Of a stretch of DNA of 64,000 bases, positions 6,426 through 16,453 are shown one piece after another. Position 1 is the stretch's first letter. Each line of letters starts with the position of its first letter. Source of the stretch: Methylotenera sp. (GTDB lineage: Bacteria > Pseudomonadota > Gammaproteobacteria > Burkholderiales > Methylophilaceae). The notes beneath the pieces were generated by a model. That model was not told the origin of the DNA. It did no database searches and saw only the letters and a program-made list of their open reading frames with translations. The DNA is taken from the NCBI GenBank assembly GCA_044228245.1, contig JBGAVG010000005.1:5557-69556 (forward strand), in the 5' to 3' direction. The position numbers and the translations under genes are program-made.

Positions 6426-7423
6426 AAAAATTTATCAATTCGACTGACGCTTTGTTAAAAGAAAGCCTCACCGGCTTTGGTCAAGCGCATGCCGATTTAG
6501 TCCAGGTACATTTCGAACCCGCCTACGTTACCCGCGCCAAACCGGCGCAAAATAAAGTCGCCATTGTTTCCGGCGGCGGCTCAGGGCACGAGCCGTTACA
6601 TGCGGGCTACATCGGCTATGGCATGCTCGATGCCGCCTGCCCCGGCCAGGTGTTTACCTCGCCCACGCCAGACCAGATGCTGGCTGCTGCCGAAGCGGTG
6701 CATGCAGGAAAGGGCATTTTGTTTATTGTGAAGAACTATGCCGGCGATGTGATGAATTTTGAAATGGCCGCGGAAATGCTGCCATTTGACCATGCCACCG
6801 TGCTCACCAGCGACGACTGCGCCGTGGTCAACAGCACCTACACCACCGGCCGCCGCGGCGTTGCAGGCACAGTGATTGTCGAAAAATGCGTTGGCAGTCT
6901 GGCAGAAACCGGCGCCAGCTTGCACGCCTGCCAGTTACTTGGCAACAAAGTGAATGCCCGCACCGCCAGCATTGGCGTGGCTTTAACCAGCTGCACCGTA
7001 CCTGCTGCAGGCCGCCCAACCTTTGACATCAGCGACAGCGAACTGGAAATGGGCGTAGGCATTCATGGCGAGCCGGGACGCAGGCGCGAAGCCATGCGCG
7101 AGGCAGATTCGATCGTGGGTGACTGCGTTGCCGCCATTCTGGCAGATCTGAAAACAACCCTGGAAAACGATACTTCAAGGGATATCCTGCTGCTCGTCAA
7201 CGGCCTCGGTGCGACCCCGCTCATGGAGCTCTACCTCATCTACAACACCGCGGCGAAGCTGCTGGGCGATGCAGGGTTGAATATATCGCGTAGCCTGGTC
7301 GGCAACTACACCACGGCCATCGACATGGCAGGCGCTTCCATCACGGTTTGCCTGCTGGATGATGAAATCAAGCAGCATTGGGATAGCCCCGTGCATACGC
7401 CGGCGCTACGCTGGGGGTGTTAA
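6422..7423 (+). CDS. dhaK: Dihydroxyacetone kinase subunit K
   Basis: 333 aa with VSGGGSGHEPLHAGYIGYGMLDAACPGQVFTSPTPDQM, the DhaK signature. Confidence 0.85.
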   Translation: MKKFINSTDALLKESLTGFGQAHADLVQVHFEPAYVTRAKPAQNKVAIVSGGGSGHEPLHAGYIGYGMLDAACPGQVFTSPTPDQMLAAAEAVHAGKGILFIVKNYAGDVMNFEMAAEMLPFDHATVLTSDDCAVVNSTYTTGRRGVAGTVIVEKCVGSLAETGASLHACQLLGNKVNARTASIGVALTSCTVPAAGRPTFDISDSELEMGVGIHGEPGRRREAMREADSIVGDCVAAILADLKTTLENDTSRDILLLVNGLGATPLMELYLIYNTAAKLLGDAGLNISRSLVGNYTTAIDMAGASITVCLLDDEIKQHWDSPVHTPALRWGC

Positions 7424-7636
7424 GGGCACTTCTATAAATTCACTTTTTGGGCGCATTACTTTGTTGCGCGGTTTTTTGGTTTCGGCCGCTACGCTTAACA
7501 TTGGCTTCGCCAATGTTAGCCTGCACCGCAACTGGCGTTGTCGCAACCTCGCTGTATAGCCCATACTATCTCGGCTCCTGCGTTCCGTGCGCCTCGTACT
7601 ACATCCCAAACCCTGTATTTATAGAAGTGCCCTTAA
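7420..7636. mobile_element. MITE-like element (217 bp) with perfect 20-bp terminal inverted repeats
   Basis: TTAAGGGCACTTCTATAAAT at 7420-7439, with its exact reverse complement at 7617-7636. Internal hairpin GCTTAACATTGGC-TTC-GCCAATGTTAGC (7493-7520). The internal 65 nt are homologous to 62420-62490 (inverted). Confidence 0.75.
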
Positions 7637-10390
7637 ATCTTTACTAAAAACAGTCTTCCAAAGCGCCAATACAGCTGCCTGCTGTTTTTCAAGTTCAGCC
7701 GATTTTACCTTTGCCGCTTGCGCCTGCAGTTTTGTGGCGTGAATCAGTTTGCGGTATTGCCTGTAGGCGTCCGCTACTTCTTTCGCCAGGTTTTTATTAA
7801 TAATATTCAATTCGCCCAGCACTTTTAATAAGCCAATATTACCAATGTTTTCAGTGAGTTGCGGATATTGTCTTGCGTGCGCCAGCACCAGATACTGCAC
7901 CAGAAACTCCACATCAATAATGCCGCCCGCGCTGTGTTTTACATCAAACCAGTCTTTTTCAAAACGCTGTGCCGCACGCATTTTCTCGCGCATGGCCATG
8001 ACGTCGGCTTTCAATTTCTCTATATCGCGCGTTTGCGTCATCACTTCAAAACGAATGGCATCGAAAGCCTTGCCAATACTGACATCCCCTGCCACAAAGC
8101 GGGCACGAGTAATGGCCTGATGCTCCCAAACCCAGGCCTTATGGAGTTGATAATCGCGAAATGCTTCTATGCTGCTTACCAGCAAGCCGCTATTGCCATC
8201 CGGACGCAGCTGCAAATCGGTTTCATACAGCAGCCCCGCATTGGTCACGCTGTTAAACCAGCTGTTGATGCGCTGCGCAAAGCGCGCATAGTTTTCTGAA
8301 GCATCAGGATGATCATCGTCCTTAGCATTTTCATGCGCGGCATCATAAAGAAAAATTATATCCAGATCAGACAGATAACCCAGCTCCTTGCCGCCCAGCT
8401 TGCCGTAGCCAATGACCGCGAACCTGGGCGTTTCGCAATGCCTGAACTTGAGCGATTGCCAGATCGTTTGCAGACTCACTTGCAGAATGAGGTCGGCCAG
8501 CGCGCTCAAATAGTCCGACAACGTTTCCAGAGTTAGCCTGCCCGCCACATCTTGCGCCGCGAGGCGCAAGATTGCAGCCTGCTTGAAATGGCGCATGGCG
8601 TCCATTTGCGCTTCGGTATCCCCTTGCAATTGCTGCATGCTCTCGTTGAGTTCTTCCTGCATTCTGGCGAAATCAGGCGGTGCATATAAGTTTCGCGTAT
8701 CCAGCAGTTCATCCAGCAAAATGGGATGCGCCGCCAAATACTGCGCCAGCCAGGGGCTGGCCGCGCATAGCTTAATCACCAGATGCAGCGCCTCCGGATA
8801 CTCGGCCAGCAGGGCCAGATAACTCGCACGGCGGCAGATATTCTCCAGCAGATTGATCGTGCGCAACAGTGCGATATCTGCATTTTTCTCCTGCCCGGAT
8901 TGCTTAATCACCAGTGGCATCAGGCAATCAAAGCGTTGGCGGCTTAATTCTGGCAGCTGTTGATAACGGCTGCTGGCCCTGAGCATTTGCAGCTGCTGCA
9001 GAACTTGCGACGCATTGCCAAATCCCACATTTGTCAAGGCTTGCAGGGCAGCATCATTCTCTAGCGCGCCTTGCCATACGGCCGTTTCCTGCGCGGTTTG
9101 TTGCTGGCTCTGTTCGCTATCGCTGTCATCGTTAAACGTTGCGTCAAAATGCTGCTGTACCAGGCCACGGTGGCAGTTGAGCGCCATGAGAAACTCTGTC
9201 CAGCTGGCGTAGTTCATGGCGTGGGCGATGCGCACTTTTGCCTCGTCGGTTTTAGGCAAATCCTGCGTTTGCCGATCTTCCACATACATCAGGCGATGTT
9301 CCAGATTGCGCAAAAACACGTAGGCTTCAGTCAGTTCCACAACCGTTTTTTCGGACAACAGCTTTTTGTTTTGCAACAGATTCAACACCGCTAATGTAGG
9401 CCGAATTTGCAAGCTTATATCGCGCCCGCCGCGAATCAGCTGGAACACTTGGGCGATAAATTCTATCTCGCGGATTCCGCCCCGCCCTAGCTTGATATTA
9501 TCCTGCAGCCCTTTTTGTGTCACATCGCGATGAATTTGCAGTTTCAGGTCGCGCATGCTCGCAAGCGCATTGTAATCGAGATACTTTCTAAAAACGAACG
9601 GCCTGAGAAGCGCATGGATATTGGCCTGCGGCCCGGCAACCACACGGCCTTTAATCCATGCGTAACGCTCCCATTCGCGGCCGTTATTCTGGTAATACTC
9701 TTCCAGCGCGTCCAGATTCGAAACCAGCGCGCCCTCGCTGCCAAACGGCCGCAACCGCATATCCACACGAAACACAAAGCCGTCTTCGGTAATTTCATCC
9801 AGCGCCGCAATAAGTTTTTTGCTGAGGCGCGCAAAAAAATCCTGATTGCTGATGGGACGTTCGCCCTGTGTCGCGCCTTCATTCTCATAGGCAAAAATCA
9901 AGTCAATGTCGGACGACACATTGAGCTCACCGCCGCCCAACTTGCCCATGCCGATCACAATCAGGCCTTGCGGATGCCCCTGCGCGTCCACCGGCTGGCC
10001 ATAGGTCTCCACCTGCCAGGCATTCAGGTAATCGATTGCCGTGCTAATCGTGCATTCCGCGAGCTGGGAAGTCGTATTCATCACCTCCTGCAAATCAGCC
10101 AAGCCATTTAAGTCGCGACAGATCGTGCGCACCAATACACGCTGCCTGAGCTTTCTTAATGCCTTTTTTAAGGTATTTTCATCACTTATTTGTTGGTTTG
10201 CCAGAAATTGTTGCATTTCTGCCAACCCACACGAAACCTCCAGATTGTCTAGCAGATCTTCGAGCAGGCCGGCATCGTTAGCAAGCAATCTGCGTGCAAA
10301 TGGGCTGCAAACTTCCAGCCTGTGCAGACAAGAAGTCTGCAATGGTGTTAATGCACGGTTTTTGGCGATTTCAGACAGTGTTTGCATCAT
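7619..10390 (-). CDS. glnE: Bifunctional glutamine synthetase adenylyltransferase/adenylyl-removing enzyme
   Basis: 923 aa with two nucleotidyltransferase halves (GMGKLGGGELNVSSDIDLIF and GYGKLGGKELGYLSDLDIIF). Confidence 0.9.
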   Translation of the reverse strand: MMQTLSEIAKNRALTPLQTSCLHRLEVCSPFARRLLANDAGLLEDLLDNLEVSCGLAEMQQFLANQQISDENTLKKALRKLRQRVLVRTICRDLNGLADLQEVMNTTSQLAECTISTAIDYLNAWQVETYGQPVDAQGHPQGLIVIGMGKLGGGELNVSSDIDLIFAYENEGATQGERPISNQDFFARLSKKLIAALDEITEDGFVFRVDMRLRPFGSEGALVSNLDALEEYYQNNGREWERYAWIKGRVVAGPQANIHALLRPFVFRKYLDYNALASMRDLKLQIHRDVTQKGLQDNIKLGRGGIREIEFIAQVFQLIRGGRDISLQIRPTLAVLNLLQNKKLLSEKTVVELTEAYVFLRNLEHRLMYVEDRQTQDLPKTDEAKVRIAHAMNYASWTEFLMALNCHRGLVQQHFDATFNDDSDSEQSQQQTAQETAVWQGALENDAALQALTNVGFGNASQVLQQLQMLRASSRYQQLPELSRQRFDCLMPLVIKQSGQEKNADIALLRTINLLENICRRASYLALLAEYPEALHLVIKLCAASPWLAQYLAAHPILLDELLDTRNLYAPPDFARMQEELNESMQQLQGDTEAQMDAMRHFKQAAILRLAAQDVAGRLTLETLSDYLSALADLILQVSLQTIWQSLKFRHCETPRFAVIGYGKLGGKELGYLSDLDIIFLYDAAHENAKDDDHPDASENYARFAQRINSWFNSVTNAGLLYETDLQLRPDGNSGLLVSSIEAFRDYQLHKAWVWEHQAITRARFVAGDVSIGKAFDAIRFEVMTQTRDIEKLKADVMAMREKMRAAQRFEKDWFDVKHSAGGIIDVEFLVQYLVLAHARQYPQLTENIGNIGLLKVLGELNIINKNLAKEVADAYRQYRKLIHATKLQAQAAKVKSAELEKQQAAVLALWKTVFSKDLRALL

Positions 10391-10476
10391 TTTTTTAAGG
10401 TAATATGGCGTTTGGCAATTTAGTTACATCTTACATTATTCATCAATATTAATAGCGTTTTGGGGAGTGCAGCAGC

Positions 10477-12453
10477 ATGTCAATTGAATCGGTTCTTCAT
10501 GAAAATCGCATTTTTGAACCCAGCGATGCGTTTAAACAACAAGCCACCGTATCTGGCATGGCGGCCTATAACGCTTTGTGCGCAGAAGCCGCTGCCGATT
10601 ATGAAGGATTTTGGGCGAAACTGGCGCGCGAGTTATTGATTTGGCACAAACCCTTTACAAAAACCCTTAACGACAGCAACGCGCCTTTTTACAAATGGTT
10701 TGAAGATGGCGAACTGAATGTTTCAGCCAACTGCCTCGACAGGCACTTGAACACCATCCCCAATAAAACCGCGATTATTTTTGAGGCTGACAATGGCGAC
10801 AGCAAAAAAGTAAGTTATAAAGAGCTATATCACCAAGTCTGCCAGTTCGCGAATGGCCTGAAAAAACTGAATCTCAATCTCGGCGACCGCGTCATCATCT
10901 ATCTTCCGATGGGCATCGAGGCTGTCGTAGCCATGCAAGCCTGCGCGCGTATCGGGCTTACCCACAGCGTGGTATTCGGCGGCTTTTCAGCCAAAAGTCT
11001 GAATGAACGCATTATTGATGCAGGCGCAAAAGCTGTGATTACTTCAGATGGCCAATTCCGCGGCGGCAAAACCTTGCCACTCAAACAAGCGGTGGATGAA
11101 GGCATTGCCATGGGCGGTTGCGACAGCATTCAACAAGTCGTGGTGCTGAAAAAAACCGGCCAGGAAGTTACCTGGAATGGACACAACATCTGGTGGCATG
11201 ACCTGATTGGCGGCTGCGCAGACACCTGCGAGCCTGTGATGGTGAATGCAGAACATCCCTTATTTTTGCTTTATACGTCAGGCTCCACAGGCAAGCCCAA
11301 GGGCGTGCAGCATTCATCCGCGGGCTACCTGCTGCATGCCATGAACACCATGCGCTGGACATTCGACATTCACGCCAATGATGTTTTCTGGTGCACCGCC
11401 GATGTGGGCTGGATTACCGGCCACACTTACGTGGCTTATGGGCCATTGGCGATGGGCGCGACGCAAGTAGTGTTTGAAGGCATTCCCACCTACCCTCACG
11501 CCGGGCGCTTCTGGCAGACGATTGAAAAGCATCAAGTATCGATTTTCTATACCGCACCCACGGCCATTCGCTCGCTCATTAAAGCTTCCGAAACCACGCC
11601 GGAAGTGCATCCTAAAAATTACAATCTAAGCAGCCTGCGTTTATTGGGCTCGGTGGGCGAACCCATCAACCCGGAAGCGTGGATGTGGTACTTTGAGAAC
11701 GTAGGCGGAAGCCGCTGCCCGATCGCTGATACTTTCTGGCAAACCGAAACCGGCGGCCATGTGATCACCCCGCTGCCGGGCGCTACCGCGCTGGTGCCCG
11801 GCTCATGCACGCTGCCTTTCCCAGGCATTGATATTGATGTGGTGGACGAAACAGGCAAGGACGTGCCCTGGGGCACCGGTGGTTTGCTTGTCATTAAAAA
11901 ACCGTGGCCAGCCATGATACGCACCATCTGGAATGATCCTGGGCGCTTTGTGAAAAGCTATTATCCGGCTGATTTAGGCGGCAAGATATATCTGGCGGGC
12001 GATGGCGCCGTACGCGATGCGGAAACCGGCAACTTCACCATTATGGGACGTATTGATGATGTGCTGAATGTGTCAGGCCACCGTTTGGGCACGATGGAAA
12101 TTGAATCTGCACTTGTAGCGAACCACTTGGTGGCAGAAGCTGCTGTCGTCGGTAAACCGCATGATATTAAAGGCGAATCTGTCGTGGCTTATGTGGTGCT
12201 AAAAGGTGCCCGACCACAAGGCGAAGAAGCCAAAAAAATCGTCGCCGAACTGCGGAACTGGGTCGGCAAAGAAATTGGCCCGATCGCCAAGCCGGACGAA
12301 ATCCGCTTTGGCGACAACTTGCCCAAAACCCGCTCCGGCAAGATTATGCGCAGGCTGTTACGCAGCCTGGCCAAAGGCGAAGAAATCACTTCGGACATTT
12401 CCACACTGGACAACCCCGCCATACTTGAACAACTAAAAGAAGTAGTGAAATAG
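10477..12453 (+). CDS. acs: Acetyl-CoA synthetase
   Basis: 658 aa with the AMP-binding motif [12 protein letters not shown] and C-terminal [12 protein letters not shown]. Confidence 0.95.
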   Translation: MSIESVLHENRIFEPSDAFKQQATVSGMAAYNALCAEAAADYEGFWAKLARELLIWHKPFTKTLNDSNAPFYKWFEDGELNVSANCLDRHLNTIPNKTAIIFEADNGDSKKVSYKELYHQVCQFANGLKKLNLNLGDRVIIYLPMGIEAVVAMQACARIGLTHSVVFGGFSAKSLNERIIDAGAKAVITSDGQFRGGKTLPLKQAVDEGIAMGGCDSIQQVVVLKKTGQEVTWNGHNIWWHDLIGGCADTCEPVMVNAEHPLFLLYTSGSTGKPKGVQHSSAGYLLHAMNTMRWTFDIHANDVFWCTADVGWITGHTYVAYGPLAMGATQVVFEGIPTYPHAGRFWQTIEKHQVSIFYTAPTAIRSLIKASETTPEVHPKNYNLSSLRLLGSVGEPINPEAWMWYFENVGGSRCPIADTFWQTETGGHVITPLPGATALVPGSCTLPFPGIDIDVVDETGKDVPWGTGGLLVIKKPWPAMIRTIWNDPGRFVKSYYPADLGGKIYLAGDGAVRDAETGNFTIMGRIDDVLNVSGHRLGTMEIESALVANHLVAEAAVVGKPHDIKGESVVAYVVLKGARPQGEEAKKIVAELRNWVGKEIGPIAKPDEIRFGDNLPKTRSGKIMRRLLRSLAKGEEITSDISTLDNPAILEQLKEVVK

Positions 12454-12463
12454 CGAATGTAAA

Positions 12464-12506
12464 GCCTGCCGCCATTCATAGCACGAATACCGGCAGCTTT
12501 TCTTTT
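12464..12506 (+). terminator. Weak candidate terminator after acs
   Basis: CTGCCG (12466-12471) pairs with CGGCAG (12491-12496), followed by CTTTTCTTTT. The stem is short and the loop is long. Confidence 0.25.
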
Positions 12507-12575
12507 AGCGCGTGGAAATAATATACAAAATGCGCAATTCGATTTGCATTTGTGTACCGCCCAGTTAAACTCTAA

Positions 12576-13037
12576 TCAAGCTGCCGCAAATTCTTGCGTC
12601 ATTGGCCTAATAATGATCCGCAGACAGTGTCTGCCGAAGTTTTCTACTTCGTTAAAAAATAGCGCGCAAACAAAGTGTACACCGCCAAATCCAATCATCT
12701 CGAAACCGTAACCAATACGCGAAAGAAATCGCAAATTAGGGTTAATCTTTTCGCCCAGCATCAATGCATTCTCTGCGAGCTGGGGCAAGAATGTGGAGAT
12801 ATGTTGCCAGGTCAGCTTGCTTGGTGCGCAGCCTAGCAACTCTCCCGCCGCCTGGTTGCATTCGCAAATCGTGCCATTGTCGTAAAGGGTTATTACCGCT
12901 GTAATCTCTTCGCTGTGGCAAATACAGGCACTAGCGGCATTTTTAGCATGGTCACTGGCAACGTGATCATTAGCAGCGTCATCACTGGTTGTTACCTCAT
13001 TGGGGCCTACCCGGTATTCAATTAGCGCGGTGTTCAT
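12576..13037 (-). CDS. Stand-alone PAS-like domain protein
   Basis: 153 aa. The segment ITLYDNGTICECNQAAGELLGCAPSKLTWQHISTFLP resembles a PAS core. No output domain. The start overlaps the upstream stop (ATGA). Confidence 0.55.
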   Translation of the reverse strand: MNTALIEYRVGPNEVTTSDDAANDHVASDHAKNAASACICHSEEITAVITLYDNGTICECNQAAGELLGCAPSKLTWQHISTFLPQLAENALMLGEKINPNLRFLSRIGYGFEMIGFGGVHFVCALFFNEVENFGRHCLRIIIRPMTQEFAAA

Positions 13038-13261
13038 TGGCCTGCCACCTCCGCTTCAGCAGCTAGCCAGTCCTCCATCTCATGACCGGGTTCAAAACCT
13101 CTTGCTTCTGCCTTGCAGTAAGCACGCACTGCTATAAGATCGCGTTTATCTCCAACGTTCAACGTCTGTCTGGATTCATTGTTAGACTTAACCCTGGACT
13201 CAATGCCAATAACCGGAATAGGGTTCTTCGTAATCATCGGGGTTGTTTTTGCAAGTTCCAT
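13034..13261 (-). CDS. DUF2934-like small protein
   Basis: The ATG at 13261 is preceded by AGGAGG. C-terminal IAVRAYCKAEARGFEPGHEMEDWLAAEAE matches the DUF2934 pattern (A...RG...G...DW..AE). Confidence 0.65.
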   Translation of the reverse strand: MELAKTTPMITKNPIPVIGIESRVKSNNESRQTLNVGDKRDLIAVRAYCKAEARGFEPGHEMEDWLAAEAEVAGQ

Positions 13262-13526
13262 AATACCTCCTATCAAACATAGCAAAAAAGTCGACGGTAC
13301 AGAGAGGGATAAATAATGTAACGAGTAGTTACTTTGGACGTACCGCTAAACTATACATATTACCGAACCAGTCTACCAAGAGTAAATAAGTGCTAGCACG
13401 TATAGGCGACCCTTGCATACATGCACAAATGTAGCATGGCCATCTCTCCGAATTCCCGCTTGCGCAAGAATGAAGAACAAGGGCGTATTTCGGGTAAAAT
13501 AGCGTTTTTCCTATTTCAAACCCGCC

Positions 13527-15092
<1,566 letters not shown>

Positions 15093-15098
<6 letters not shown>

Positions 15099-15144
15099 CT
15101 CAACCATAATTTACCAAATGAAAACAAGTTTTCAAACGTTAGGT
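15093..15144 (+). repeat. Orphan attC-like site (52 bp) overlapping the prfC stop codon
   Basis: GCCTAAC-TCAACC...GTTTTCAAAC-GTTAGGT. The right end shares 13 identical nt (TTCAAACGTTAGG) with attC 4, and the left end shares CTAAC..TCAACC. The central GC palindrome is missing. Confidence 0.4.
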
Positions 15145-15540
15145 TTTATTGCTAGCTTGTTAGCACTGGGCCTCTCAATGATTCTTTGGCCAGATTTGTT
15201 TCTTTTTGCAAAAAAAGTATTTTTACCAGAATGGGCAGAGTTACTGCCAAGCCCAATAGATGCAGCAAAGTATCTTGCTTTTTTATGCCTAATCCCTGTT
15301 ACTATAACAAGCAAAACAACACTAGAAGCACTTAAAAATATATCTAAAGTAATACTTATTGCTGCAATATTGCCAACACTTATTTTTGTCTTCCGGGTCA
15401 ATCCTTATGAGAAGTATTTTGTTCATAACACTCTATTTCAATATATTTTCGTGATCCTTTGGAACTGCCTTTTACCAGCTGTAATCTTGCTAGTAATAAA
15501 GTTATTTTACGAAAAAATTAGTTCACATATAGCAGATTAG
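15118..15540 (+). CDS. AT-rich hypothetical multi-pass membrane protein
   Basis: 140 aa from the ATG at 15118: MKTSFQTLGFIASLLALGLSMILWPDLFLFAKK..., with about four hydrophobic segments. Composition is much more AT-rich than the neighbouring genes. Confidence 0.5.
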   Translation: MKTSFQTLGFIASLLALGLSMILWPDLFLFAKKVFLPEWAELLPSPIDAAKYLAFLCLIPVTITSKTTLEALKNISKVILIAAILPTLIFVFRVNPYEKYFVHNTLFQYIFVILWNCLLPAVILLVIKLFYEKISSHIAD

Positions 15541-15875
15541 TTTACGTAATCCGCCGCATGGTTTTGACTTTCATCCCCTTTGCCGCGCCTTCGGCTTGAG
15601 CGGCAGATGGCAGGCGGCGAGGACTGTTTGAGCGCTGAAAGCGCGAGTTCCGCAGCCGCCCCAGATGCGGCGCTAAGACCGAAGGATGAAGCGGCAGCGG
15701 GGCAGCCTTCTTTTTGGATACTTTTTCTTGGCTAAGCAAGAAAAAGTATCTCGCCAGTCGCGCGAGAGCGACTTGTTTCAAAAGACACTGGATTCCGATT
15801 TTCATCGGAATGACGGCAAAACCACCTACCCTGCAGCCCAATATCCATGCGCCTTCCAGAGCCATTATTTTCAAA
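15541..15875. repeat. Hairpin-dense non-coding element
   Basis: Contains a perfect 14-bp stem GATACTTTTTCTTG/CAAGAAAAAGTATC (15717-15750) and an 8-bp stem ATTCCGAT/ATCGGAAT (15792-15811). Also a 6-bp stem AGTCGC/GCGACT (15756-15773), a long imperfect hairpin (15613-15660), and one copy of CCAATATCCATG at 15838-15849. Confidence 0.6.
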
Positions 15876-16433
15876 TCAAGCCGCTTCAAACGCCTCGCAT
15901 AGCTGGCTGAGCAACTGGCCAAAAATCGGCAACACTTCTTCTTTGCTGTGTGGGCTGTCATCATCGGTACCGGCAATTACAAAGCTCACCGTGAGTTTGT
16001 CCAGATTCTCACGGAACTCCATCCAGTGCTCTGCCTCAGCCTCGCCTATCAGCTTGAATTTATTGAAACCTGATTCGATGATTTCCACCAGCTCAGCCTC
16101 CGGCAAACCTGCGAACAAGGTTTTAGCAATGATGATTTGTGCTGCAGTGATATCCGGCGTGATGTTTTCTTGAGCCAATGGCGCAGTAAAAAACGCGAAT
16201 GCCAACAACGCATAGGCCTGATACACGCTTAGCATATCAAAGTTATTTTTATGCTCGAATGCGGGCTGCCTATCCGCCACCTGAATCGCCTTGAATGTCA
16301 CGTAACTGGACAGATAATGCGCGGAATCCAGCGGGTCATATTCATCCAAATTGACATTGGGTTTAGCGCCATCATCTAAGGTTTCCGCTAGACATAAAGC
16401 GTGCAGTAAGGTGAGTCGTTTTGAGTAGTCCAT
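15876..16433 (-). CDS. Hypothetical protein (185 aa, acidic)
   Basis: Uninterrupted ORF with plausible composition. No motif recognised. Confidence 0.55.
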   Translation of the reverse strand: MDYSKRLTLLHALCLAETLDDGAKPNVNLDEYDPLDSAHYLSSYVTFKAIQVADRQPAFEHKNNFDMLSVYQAYALLAFAFFTAPLAQENITPDITAAQIIIAKTLFAGLPEAELVEIIESGFNKFKLIGEAEAEHWMEFRENLDKLTVSFVIAGTDDDSPHSKEEVLPIFGQLLSQLCEAFEAA

Positions 16434-16453
16434 CGTGTATGTTCTCTAGTTAG

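Noticed and set aside
7447-7647. Small ORFs with similar peptides (…SLYSPYYLGSCVPCASYYI… here and …SLYTAYYLGFCVPCALYFI… at 62271-62537).
   Set aside because: The similarity is explained by the shared nucleotide repeat. The ORFs have no ribosome-binding sites and span element termini.
9515-10111. Long antisense ORFs inside large genes: 9515-10111 in glnE, 21646-22365 in yhdP, 28154-28780 in cusA and 51195-51974 in ftsK.
   Set aside because: They are shadow ORFs opposite well-supported genes and have low-complexity, Arg/Ser-rich translations.
15542-15976. 144-aa minus-strand ORF, and the 62-74 aa plus-strand ORFs, across the hairpin-dense element.
   Set aside because: The reading frames run through perfect palindromes and overlap the 3' end of the 15876-16433 gene. 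They look like translations of structured non-coding DNA.
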